The position numbers were made by a program, and so were the translations under genes. A model generated the notes under the pieces. The model was given only the letters and a program-made list of their open reading frames with translations. It did no database searches and had not been told where the DNA came from. Shown one piece after another: positions 51,675 through 63,449 of a stretch of DNA of 64,000 nucleotides. Each line of letters starts with the position of its first letter. Within the stretch, counting starts at the first letter, position 1. Origin of the DNA: Eledone cirrhosa (Eukaryota); contig OZ024742.1 in the NCBI GenBank assembly GCA_964016885.1, positions 361,150,001 to 361,214,000 of the forward strand. The letters are read 5' to 3'.

Positions 51675-52024
51675 TCATCACTGTTTAACGTCCCTTTCCA
51701 TGCTAGCATGGGTTAGACGGGTTGTCCTATTTGAGACAAGTTGAGGTCAGATGACCATGTCTTGTTCATACAGAACCAATTTTGGCTTGGTTTCTATGGC
51801 TGGATGCCCTTCCTAATGCCATCCACATTTAAAGTGAGCACGGGGTGCTTTTTGTCATGTCACCCACACAACCACTTTACAGTGTGGACTGGGTGATTAT
51901 TGTCATGTCACCCACACAACTTTACAGTGTGGGCTGAGTGCTTTTTGTCATGTCACCCACACAACCTCTTTACAGTGTGGACTGGGTGCTTTTTGTTGTG
52001 TCACCATCACAAGCACTTTACAGT
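51675..52024 (-). mobile_element. RTE 3' UTR fragment with ~4 tandem units
   Basis: CATGCTAGCATGGGTTAGACGGG, GGATGCCCTTCCTAA and repeated TTTACAGTGTGGACTGGGTG. Confidence 0.87.
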
Positions 52025-52601
52025 TTGAGCAATGATTATTATAAAATTGTAGCAACAAAGATAAACATGTTGAGGACACAACTGGTTATTATAAAAACTC
52101 CAATCTCTAAAGGAAATATGTCTATATCATCACATGTTATGAAATTACAGTATCAAACACTTGTGTGCCCAGACTATCACTAGGCAATGTCTTGTACTCA
52201 CAGGTCTTGAATAATCCCCCCCCCCCATTTTGCCTATTAAGTTTTCATATACCCCCCCCCCCCACATTACATTTTGTTAATCTATCTCTGGCAAAATATT
52301 ATTTTAAGTGGTAGCATTCCTGTGACAATTTTCTGTATAAATCAAAAGCATTATAGAAGACAAAAAAAGTACATTACTAGAAATCCCATATGTTATGAAA
52401 TAAATAAGATGGGTTGGGGTCTCAATGTATAAATTAAGCAACTAATTCTGGTTTCTAAAAAAAAAAATCAACAGAAACATCCTAGAAAATTACTGATTTC
52501 CCCACTCTACTTATTCCACCCATCCCTATTAATTGGGACCTGAGATTAACTGGAAATATGTATACATTTCATGTGTGTCTGTCTCTAAGACTATGCCTGT
52601 G

Positions 52602-52810
52602 CTTATGTTTACACAAGTAAACAATATTTTATTCATATTCCTTCATTTTTTTCTTATGTTTACACAAATAAACAATATTTTATTTGTATTCCTTCATTTT
52701 TTTCTTATGTTTACACAAATAAACAATATTTTATTTGTATTCCTTCATTTTTTTTTCTTATGTTTACACAAATAAACAATATTTTATTCGTATTCTTTCA
52801 TTTTTTCTTA
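52602..52810. repeat. 51-bp tandem repeat, 4 copies
   Basis: CTTATGTTTACACAA at 52602, 52653, 52704 and 52757. Confidence 0.93.
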
Positions 52811-52928
52811 GTACGTACAAAGAGGGCTCAATAAAATAATAATCAGCATGAAATATGTACTAGCAATTTTATAATCAACTAAACACAGAAATACGCAACA
52901 GAACCTTGGATACAGTACATCTGAACTG

Positions 52929-53262
52929 ATAATAATAATGATAATAATGAAAATAATTGTGCACAGTGCTCAGGTGCACTACAACTCATCAAAAGTTGAT
53001 GTATAGTACATAGAATAATGTACAAGTGTCAGGAAAGTGAACAGTGTATGAGCCATGATATACACACCACACATACATGTTTGTGAATTGAGAGGAATAT
53101 AAGGAGTAGTGATGGTGAATTTCGGGAATCATGGAAATTTTGACAGATGCAGTGATCTGACAGCTAACAATTGATGCAGGTAGTTTATTCCATGCTTCAG
53201 CAACTCTGAGTGTGAACATTTTTTTATGAAAGTCATGGTAATGATCACCTGAAATTTAATTA
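52929..53262 (-). mobile_element. CR1/L2-group LINE 3' fragment with (ATT)n tail
   Basis: Reads FTLRVAEAWNKLPASIVSCQITASVK, matching the CR1 ORF2 end F..RV...WN.LP..VV......FK. The tail is at 52929-52950. Confidence 0.8.
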
Positions 53263-55631
53263 ACAATAGGCAGTGAGATAAAGGCATCGTTAACCAGTGA
53301 TTGTACATATCAGTTTTGGCAATTATGAAAGACAACATCAGATATGTTTCTGTCTAACTAGATCTCCTCAAAAAGCACATATTTCAATGTACTTGTTTAT
53401 GAAATGATGTGTTTATGACCAACCATTTTGCGAACATATTTTAATTACTTAATGAAGGATTTTAAGGGATTTTTTAAATTACAAATTATTTCATTACTAA
53501 TATAGTAACTCAATATATAGCTCTTATATAAAATTATGTTGAAAGATTTTAATAGAAATAATTTAAAGTGGGTGGATTTGTTTCATAGAACAAGAGGCCA
53601 TTTTGGGCAGGTTGGTATCAAGAGGGTTAAGTAATAATGTAATGTGTAATATTTTAAACTATTCCTCCACTTCTGCCTCCTGATCATCATCATCATAAAT
53701 AGTAGATGTGTTATCGGAGTTATCTCCTCTGCCAAAATGTTAAAATGATATAAGTCATTGGGTTAACGTTTTTTTCCTTACAACATAATAATATTTAAAT
53801 ATCTTTTCAAAGTTCCTTGCATTGAATATGGTAACACTAACTTTTACTAATTGTTCATAGAGATGCCTGTTCAGTGTAATTTCCATTAGTGATTTATTTA
53901 TCAAATAAAACACCTGGAGGACAATATGAATATATATTGATTTTTTTTTTACTAGATACAAAGCAAGCATTCATAGCAAAGGGATGTATGACTTCATTCA
54001 AATTAACTCATATGTTATTGGTAATTATTTTTATCACTCCCAGAAGGGTCTAACAGTAAAATAAACTGCAGTCAGATCTGCACTACAAAAAATTAAAAAA
54101 AGGTTTTTAAAATGTATAACTTAAAAAACTGGAAAAAATTTAAGGTATTTATTATAGCACCTTATTGTAAAGAAGCACTCAATTCACAGGCCTAAAGAAA
54201 TGTGAAATTATATAAAATGGTAGGAAAGGGAAGATATTTTTCTAAAGAAAATATAAATTGGTGTCAATTTTTTTCTTTATTGAAAAGGTATAATTTTATA
54301 AACAAGATTTACAATACACTGTAGCTACAAATTGAAAGACATTTCCAATATTGTTTCAAATCAGTAATGATAGATGTTGCCATTATAAGAAGTTGCTATG
54401 TTCTTCTTTCTGTGTAATTACCATCTAAAAGTAGTTTGACATAAGATGTTTTTCTACTACTGTGTCTGACACACACAACTGGTTACTCATTGATTTTTGT
54501 TGACTCTACACATGTCTCACTACATATTTGTCCATCTGTGAATGACTTTCTATCAAATGTACCCAATATATTTTCTATGCATCTCATGAGTGCATATCCA
54601 GTTTAGAATAGGTACACCAACTCCCAACATGTAGTAATAAGTCAGTAATAGTGTTAATGTGTGGAAGGAGACCTACCTGCAAAACACTGTCTCAAAAGGT
54701 CCTGTCCAACCCATGCCAGGGTGTCAAATTCAACATAAAAATGATTATTGTTCTTCATTAGATGTTTTATATATATGATGATGATATCACCATTTTACAT
54801 CCATATTTCCCCGCTTGCATGGGTGAGATGGGTCATTCTCAGCATGGCATCTCTCACACCTCTCCTCAGGCCTGGACCAGCATAAGTTGCACTGCTAGTA
54901 CTGGTTGTATATGTATATATATATATATGAATATAAATGTATGTAAAAGGTAAACAGAAATAACAACACAATTGGTACATGGAAGGCATATATTAGGTTA
55001 ACGCAGGAAGAGGGTCTTAATATTTTGGACGTTAGTCCTTTATCAGAAGAAAGAATGAGAAATAAGATATATATATATATATAGTAGTAATAGTAATAGG
55101 TAGGTAGAAATATCTAAGGTGTAGAGCAACTGAAATCAGTTGATTTGGGGCTCTTATGTCTTTTCTCTATTTTCCTTTTTAAGTAAACATTTTCTGGTTC
55201 ATTTTCCTCAGCACAGATTGAACAAGTTGGTCCTCAAAGATAACAAAATGTATTTACCTTGTACAGTGGTGTTGTAGAAATCTTAATAATCATATATATA
55301 TATAATAATTGTATATCATCATCACCGATTGTTGTCTATCTTCCATGCTAGCATGGGTTAGGTTCCTATATATATATATATAAATATATATGTAGATAAA
55401 TCTACCAAGAGTTTACGGTAGTGTCCAATCCGTATGAAGAACTCAATGTAATCCGGATATCATGGAAAGAAGAGATGCAATGAAAAATCACTTTCGGTGA
55501 AAGATAAACGGAAAACAGAGTCAAGATAAAATATTTAAAAAATAATGAATAAAACAATGAAACAGTTCCTTATATTAAACAAAAAAAGTTCAAGTATTTT
55601 ATATAAATATATATATATATTTATACATATA

Positions 55632-55870
55632 ATAAAATAACAGGAGGCTGGACTGGTGTAATTCCTTAAAAGGTTTATTATACTATGATCATTACACTGA
55701 CCAGGTTCAGTATGAATCCAGTGACATCATCAGGTATTCAAAATTTAACAAAGCAATATAATAGACAAAATCCATGGGGCTGAAAAGCAGAGACAGGAGG
55801 GCGGCCGAACATTTAGCAACTTTTAGGCCGGTCAGCCGCCCTACACCAGTTCAGCCTCCTGTTATTTTAT
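55632..55870. repeat. 29-bp inverted repeat pair (55632-55660 / 55842-55870) enclosing a decayed hammerhead-like core; PLE-like remnant
   Basis: ATAAAATAACAGGAGGCTGGACTGGTGTA versus TACACCAGTTCAGCCTCCTGTTATTTTAT (1 mismatch). The minus strand has CTGATGA at ~55727-55733. Confidence 0.65.
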
Positions 55871-57839
55871 AATAATTAACTCCGTACTCGCACCACTAAC
55901 AACACAAACGAAGACGGGTGAGTTGCATTAGGTCGAGTGCTCTCCCTAATATTACATCGAGGTTGACCATACGGAATGACCAGTTCTATCCAGTGGTGAA
56001 CCAACAAACCTAAATATATATATATATAAAGAGAGAGAGAGTCAAGGAGATATTTAAAATCCCAACCACTACACCAAGTGGTTTTAGTTGATGTGTTCAG
56101 CAAGCCTTGAAAAGCTTCCTGAACACACAAACAAGTTACAGTTCTTATTTTACGACAAGTTAAGGCAGTTAGTCTTGCAATATAAGATGTCAGATTAGTA
56201 ACAAAACATTGTTGTCCATTCCTTTTCTTTAATATGTTATTCATTATAGTAATATATATGCAATATTCACAACCAAAGTGGTAAGAAACTCTCAGGTGAG
56301 CTGCACAGCAGAAGGTCTTCAGAGAAGAACCCCCTTCCTCAAGCATTTCTGCCCTTACACTCTAAGGGCATCAGGGCGAATCCAAGTCATGACTCCTGTG
56401 TACCCTTCTGCCGACATTTATCCATTCAGAAATTGGGGATTTGTTGTTTATTTAAACCATATGGAGATGTTGTTTACAGGATCTAGCTAGAACACCTCTC
56501 AGTTGCCTCTGCTTCCAAATTTATATCTAAACAACTTTCTTGATGTAGAATTGTAGCTATTATTTGTATAATATTTGTATTTAGTAATTTTAAAATACTG
56601 TCTGTCTCGTATCTTCATAATTTTCCTCAGATAAGTGTTTCTATGTATCTAATCTGATATTTATACCTATAATTAGTATTTGCAATAATAATTTTATGAA
56701 TTATAACCTTTGGTAAAATAGAGCAGTTTGAGTCTGACAAGACAATTCACAGTTTCAGAATAAAGAATCATATTTAATGTCGATGGCAGATTTGAAATGT
56801 AACTACAGTGATATTACTGATTAAAAATAGACACTATTAGTATGAGAGTTTATAGTTAATGGTAAGCTTAGAATTGCAGTGGTAGCATTGCATTTTATTT
56901 ATTAGACAATTTTATAATATGAAGTATCTTCTTGCATCCATATATTTGAAAGTTTTAGATTTTATATGAGCCTTGCTGGTATATTCTAATGAATTATGAA
57001 AGGTATAAATTCAAGTTTTAATTACTTTCTCTCCTCATTGCTATTATTGTCATTGATATTGTTATTGACATTTTAGATTCAATTGTCATTACTAAAACTA
57101 TCAGAATCAATTAACTTTTCTTTATTGATCAGCCAAGATAGTTAAAATATTTATAAATGCATTATCCTTTAACTAGTCCTCTGTAGAAATCTATCATACA
57201 ATTAGACGTTTCATTGAATACAACATGTTTCATATTTTAATGCAATTTCAGTTAAATCTATTCAGGAATTGCCTTAGTTTCCTTACTACTTGCTAAGTTT
57301 AATTAGATGTCAATAAAGTACACCCCTTTTTGGAATGAATCTCAAAATTATTCCTCTTAATACTGTGATTATTATAACTGCTTCTTATATACTGGAATGC
57401 ATGCTCAATTGTTTGCCATTCACAGTATTTCAGGGGATTATCTAAAAAATCTTTATGGACTCTTCTATCTTCTCAAAAATGTATATCAAATAATAAAGAA
57501 TTCTAGCTTCTGTGGCTGAAGGTTTCACTTCCTAACATTTACAAGTGATTCTGCTACTCCTATCAAATCATTGAGGTAAATAAAAAGTGTTGCAACATAT
57601 TTTCTCTCTCTCATCTGAAAATATAGTTTGAATGGCCATATATTCTAACAATTCTTTTACTAAAAGAACTGTGAACTACAATTCCATGTAAATAATTTCA
57701 TATGCCATTTAGAGACATGAATAAACAATATTGCAAATGAACAAAGAGCAAAAATGAGTCAACATGAAATTTACAATATATGGAGATTTTCCCTCTAAAA
57801 GCAAACATAAAGAAAAATATAATGCATGCTGTGCTAATA

Positions 57840-58220
57840 CAACAGAAATCTCATTCAAAAGACATGCACCAGCACAACAGCTAATCCCATCACTTTCATG
57901 TGAAGTACATTTGAAATATATTTAAAGATCAATAGATGAAAGAGAATTTTAATCATTACACTATTTAACGATAATATCAAAGTACTGTAGCATGTGCATC
58001 ACAGAGAAACTTCATATCATCGCCATCATATTTTTCAATACTAAACAAATATTATTTTCCCTTGGCAATAAACAACCCAAATTCCTTCAGAAGAACATCA
58101 AAATAGACCCTTCTGAGATTTAATGGTAAGCAACTGATTTCAAAAACACCAATTACTTGGATGTGCAGTAAGCACATCGACCTAAAAGTTGATTCAACAA
58201 AACCATATCTTGGATATTAT
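57840..58220 (+). pseudogene. Highly decayed Penelope-like ORF traces
   Basis: KYCSMCITEKLHII at ~57979-58021 resembles PLE C.LC..EK..II. TNYLDV at ~58148 is RT-like. Confidence 0.4.
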
Positions 58221-58548
58221 TCAACCATTTTTAGTGTGCATAATAATAAAAAATTATAGATTCAAACAATTCAAACAAAGGGTCAATAAGATTCTTTAGT
58301 TGTGTCAAAGTGAGGACAACATACATAACGCTAGTGCCATGATACAATGCACCGAGTTAACTCTGGAGAGAAAGAGAGAGAGTATTGGAATGTAAGTGAG
58401 ATGTGGCCCCTAGCCTATCTGAGAGGACTGAGCCATACAATTCTTGCTAAAGTGCAGAATGGATATTAAATGATGATGATAATGATGATGAGATAATATA
58501 TATGTATATTTTACCTCCTTCATCATCATCATTATCATAATCATCATT

Positions 58549-58745
58549 AAGGTCGGTGGATTGACAGCATCAGTAGAGGGTCGGACGCCATGCTTTCCAG
58601 CATAATTACGTCCCTTTACGATCTGAGTTCAAATCCTGCTGAGGTAGACTTTGCTTTTCATCCTTATGGGGTCGATAAAATAAAGTACCAGTAATGCGCT
58701 GGGTAATTGCTGGCCTTGTGCCTAAAGTAGAGACAATTATCATTA
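58549..58745 (+). mobile_element. tRNA-derived SINE with Meta-domain-like centre
   Basis: B box GAGTTCAAATCC, then GCTTTTCATCCTTATGGGGTCGATAAAATAAAGTACC, with an ATT/ATC-rich tail. Confidence 0.82.
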
Positions 58746-58832
58746 TCATCATTCCATTCACCACCACCATCATTGCCAGCTTTTTATCTTAAGTTTTCTT
58801 TACTTTAGTTATTCATTTGTGTATTGCTGTTA

Positions 58833-58968
58833 TAATTGTTTCTACTTTTGGCACAAGGCCAGCAATTATTCCAGTGTATTACTGGTACTTTATTTTATCA
58901 ACGCCGTAAGGATGAAAGGCAAAGTTAACCTCGGCAGGATTTGAACTCAGACCATATAGGGCCGTAAC
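58833..58968 (-). mobile_element. Inverted copy of the same SINE
   Basis: Reverse complement of ~58605-58740. Confidence 0.82.
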
Positions 58969-59486
58969 TCATTGCTGTGTTGCTGTTATAATGTTATATA
59001 TTCTTATACAGCCTTTATAACAATCTTTCTTCTACTGTTTCCTTCTTCCGTACTCTTCTGGCAATTATTTCTGTTGCTCCTGCTGCTATATTTTCTTTAT
59101 TTTTTAAAATATCTTTGGTCATTATTTTCTCAACTTATTTTTTTTTTTTTTTTTTTTCCCCAGCACTCAGATCAGCATCTTCATATTTCTGTCATCACAT
59201 CTCTAATAATTATAGCCATTAACTCTGCACCAATTACCATTATGACCATCATTCTACCAACATTATCATAATCCCTTGGACCACTACTAGTGGCACTATC
59301 ACTTTTGCTTCATACGAACGTCCATTTTGTTTCATGTTTTCACATTATTCACTAATTTCTCAAGTCCTTAAGGCTTTGTTTCTAAACTTGATTTTTTAAA
59401 ACTTTTTTTTTGTATACTGTGCTCCTCTTCTCTTTTCTTTTTATATTTGATGATTCATTTTTTCTTTTGATTTGCTTTATTTTGTA

Positions 59487-60335
59487 CTAGCAGTGGTACC
59501 CGGCGTTGCACGGGATAAGGTACTTTGGAACGCGGTCCGCCAACAGACCTAATCGTGGAAAAACTGCATGCCTGGACAATATGTAAAGAAAATAAACCGA
59601 ATACTCTGATGGCTGGATAATCTTTAAGATTTTCCTCGATGAAGCAGGAAAAATGCAGGTTTTCACCTAATGCGGACCCTAGGGGATCAAGAAAATGAAT
59701 TTTTTTATATGCATAATATGCCTTGAAATTTCGGGAAAATCGGCTAGACGTAACGCCTCCAAGAAGCCCTCAGAAGCTGAAAAAATGAAGTTTTTCACCT
59801 AGGCCATAAGAAAGTTGGATTTCCTTTGCTCACGGTATGAAGAAGAGACTAACTAATACATAGTTACAATTATCGAGGAAATCGGTCTGACGTAACGCCT
59901 CAAAAAAAAACCTAAAAATCTCCAAAAACGCAGTTTTTCACCTAATGCGAGCCCTAGGAGATAAAAAAACGTTGAATGTAAAGTTTTAAAAAAATCGGTT
60001 GGGTACTTCTCGAGTTTTAGGGATTCAAACTCAGACACACACACACACACATCCTCAGGGAAGTGACGTAATGCAGACAGCAGACATACAGAAAGATATT
60101 ATAAGGGCGCGAGGTTATATGTATGTATCTATCTAAAAAGAGAAAGACTAAAAATGATAGAGCTAGATTGCTAAATCGCCTAATGCTTTCCCTATATCAT
60201 TGAAAATTTGAAATTTCTTTGCTCCGAACACTCGCTGAAACATAAGTATTACATGTGTAAAGTTTGAAAACAGTCAGTTGGGTGGTTCGAACTCACACAC
60301 ACACAGACAGACATCCTTAGTTTTATATATATAGA
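59487..60335 (-). mobile_element. Non-autonomous Helitron (~850 bp)
   Basis: The minus strand begins A|TCTATATATATAAAA and ends with the GC hairpin CCCGTGCAACGCCGGG, a short spacer, then CTAG|T. These are canonical TC...CTRR termini at an A/T site with no TSD. Internal sub-repeats are present. Confidence 0.88.
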
Positions 60336-60674
60336 TATTTACCCTGGCTTCCTCACATATCCCTAGACAAACAACAGTAATGCTTTCATACAGAAGCCAC
60401 AACTTGCCCATTAGAATTATACCTGATATTTATACATATTCTGTAACTTATTACTACCCTGATAAGCTGCCTTCTCAGTTTTTCAAACATTTACATTTTT
60501 TATATATCTAGTTAAGAATAGGTTCACCATATCCTTGCATGTTGTAACAAGTGACTAAAAGGTCAGTAAGAGCATCTGGCTGTAAAATATGGTTTCCAAA
60601 CATTTTGTCTAACCTATGTCAGCATAGAAAAGTCAATGTAAAAACCATGATGATATATATATATATGTATATGT

Positions 60675-60955
60675 GAAGGCACATGACTTAGTGGTTAGTG
60701 TTGAGTTCACAATCGTAAGGTTGTGACTTTGAATCCCAGACCAGTCAGTGTGTAGAAATGAATTGCGACGTCACTGGTGCCAAGTTGTATCAGCCATGCC
60801 CTTTCACTTAGACAATGTTGGTGGCGTTGACGGTGGTGATTGACATACATGTGTGACTGCTGGTGTTCTGCAAACACACACTGTCCAGACTTATGCCGCA
60901 GCAGAGAACTTTACAGGTGCAAAATCTTGATCATTCATGGCTAAAGGAGACCTAT
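60675..60955 (+). mobile_element. tRNA-derived SINE (head related to the 35532 SINE, internal deletion, different 3' part)
   Basis: GAAGGCACATGACTTAGTGGTTAG...AAGGTTGTGACTTTGAATCCCAGACC. Confidence 0.7.
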
Positions 60956-61350
60956 GATATTTACATTTATATGTCATCGATTTTACAACCAAATTTCCAG
61001 GCTGCCATATGCTGGTTCGATGAGACATTTTAAGGCAGTTTTATTTTCTTATTTTCTTATGTGCTTCCTTATGCAAACACTTTTAGCCATCTCCAAAATG
61101 TGAGGTTATGGTGTACTTAGTCTAAAAACCAAGACACAAAGGCTATATTTAAATACACACAAACACACATACACACATCAGTAGGCCGTCATTATTTTGG
61201 TGTAAAATATTTATTGTCTGAATTGTCAAAGAAAATTGTTATCAGAATTATTAGAAACTATGACAATGTGGCAGATGAAAATAATGGTTAATAATACAGT
61301 GCTATATTATTTCAATGTATAAAGTACCTGATAAAAATATTAGGTCAGGC

Positions 61351-61416
<66 letters not shown>

Positions 61417-61544
61417 GCAAAAATTCTATTTAAAGTTGTTAGGATACAAGTAAATATTTTTATAACTGATATAAAGCACTCAACAAGTTTTTGGAGTAGA
61501 TATACAATATTAATACATGGAAACTATATTTATAAAACCATATT

Positions 61545-61609
61545 TATTTCATTATACATATTTCAGGGATACCATATTAAATTATGGTATGCCTTCATCA
61601 GACAAAATA
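61545..61609 (-). ncRNA. Type I hammerhead ribozyme (inverted copy)
   Basis: Exact reverse complement of 62314-62378. Confidence 0.8.
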
Positions 61610-62313
61610 CAATATATAACAGTTTTACAATTAGCTTTGACGTACCCTTTAAAATACAACCATTACTTTCGGAGGCTGTCTGGATAGTGAATTGTTTATA
61701 TTGTTTTAATAAGTCATAGTGTTAAGCACAGTTAGAAAAAGACGGAGATAAAGAAAAAGAAAAAGAAAAAAGACGGAGAGAGAGAAAAGAACAAAGACGG
61801 AGAGAGAGAAAGATAGAAATAAAAACCTGGAGAAATATCGGAGAGAGAGAGAAATGTATGGAGAAAAGAAAGAGATAAATAACGGAGAGAGAGCGAAATG
61901 TATGGAGAAAAGAAAGAGATAAATAACGGAGAGAGAGCGAAATGTATGGAGAAAAGAAAGAGATAAATAAAGATAGGAGGAAATAAAAATAAAAAAATAA
62001 AAAAGAAAGAAAAGGAAGAAATAGGAAAAACAAAGGAAAGCAACAGAGAGATATAAAGTCATCATACAGAGAGAAAAACTCAAGAGAGAGAAATACTATA
62101 TAGAGAGAGGGGGTGCAATGAAAACATTACGTCATGTCATATTAAGTTGAGTTAACAATTTATATGAAATGAATAATAAAAATATAAGTATCAATATTCA
62201 TGAATGGGACATAGATATATAATATGAGAAATTAAACATTGATCAAGCCTCCGAAAGTAATGGTTGTATTTTAAAGGGTACGTCAAAGCTATTTGTAAAA
62301 CTGTTATATATTG

Positions 62314-62378
62314 TATTTTGTCTGATGAAGGCATACCATAATTTAATATGGTATCCCTGAAATATGTATAATGAAATA
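62314..62378 (+). ncRNA. Type I hammerhead ribozyme; predicted cleavage after AUA at 62370
   Basis: Stem I TATTTTGT/ATGAAATA (8 bp, 2 G-U); core CTGATGA; stem II AGGCATACCATA-ATTTAA-TATGGTATCCCT (one C-C mismatch); GAAA; minimal near-palindromic stem III ATATGTAT; H17=A. Confidence 0.8.
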
Positions 62379-62417
62379 AATATGGTTTTATAAATATAGT
62401 TTCCATTTATTAATATC

Positions 62418-62468
<51 letters not shown>

Positions 62469-62587
62469 TAAATTTAGCGAGAATTGCATATATATATATA
62501 TATATATATAACGAAGGAAATGTGGTAAGGAACCAGGTGGACCATAACGCACCAAAGTACTCAATACTTAGGGTAGTAGAGTGGGTA

Positions 62588-62698
62588 ATAGGAACGAGTA
62601 GGACCCCGACGGCTGAGCTCAAGCCGTTTCGACGGCTAATTCTAGAATTAGCCGTTAAACGGCTTGAGCTCAGCCGTCGGGGTCCTACTCGTTCCTAT
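62588..62698. repeat. 111-bp near-perfect palindrome made of a hammerhead 3' half folded back at stem II
   Basis: Centre TTCT|AGAA at 62643/62644, with only one G-T pair and one bulge. The minus strand has GCCGTC-GAAA-CGGCT TGAGCTC AGCCG-TC-GGGGTCC. Confidence 0.9.
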
Positions 62699-63449
62699 AT
62701 ATATATGTATATATATATATATATATAATATGTCTGTGTGTGGTTGTGAGTGTGTATATACATACACTCCCATACATACATATATACATATATAAATATA
62801 TGGTGATTGGTGGTGATGATGATATATACATATATATATATATGTGTGAGTTTCTTTGTATATGTATGTGTGTGTGTGTGTTTGTACATATATATATGCG
62901 TTTATATATATATATATATTAATAAATATTGTGAGAACAATGTGTTCTTTTATGTAGAGATATATTTGAAATGACGTAAAATAGGAAATTTCCCCAGAGA
63001 TGATGTTAACTGCATTGGTGAGTGATAGTCAATGGGAATAATATACACAAAGAATCATATTAAAATTACACTCCATAAATGACAAAAAAAAAAATTCATC
63101 TAAATTATCGTCTATCATAATGAATAGAACATTACGTTTACACAATGTTCAGTGTATGTACTGTGTCAAGAATAGTAGCAATAACTAAATTTCCATAGTT
63201 AAAATATCACTAAGTTATTAAATCCTTTAGCACGCTCACTTCTCAAAGCTAACAATTGATAGTGTAAGATTTTAGATAATTTCAAATAATATTTTAATTC
63301 TATTGCAACACCAATTTCTAAAACTTATTTGAATATGTAATCACAATTTTAGAAATCAGAATATACTTTACAATTCTCTAGGTGTAATATAAATCGAAAA
63401 CACTTAAATTTTAATTTCATGCTGGTTGATACTGGTTTATTAGAGTTTG

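Larger units (their letters stand above)
61393..62418. mobile_element. PLE-like non-autonomous insertion between (TA)n tracts, with 161-bp inverted repeats (61517-61677 / 62246-62406)
   Basis: The arms are identical except for one base, and each contains a hammerhead motif. The spacer is purine-rich with a 44-bp repeat x3 (61853, 61897, 61941). Confidence 0.8.

Noticed and set aside
56278-56345. CTGAAGA on the minus strand as another hammerhead
   Set aside because: No correctly placed GAAA, stem III or NUH follows on that strand.
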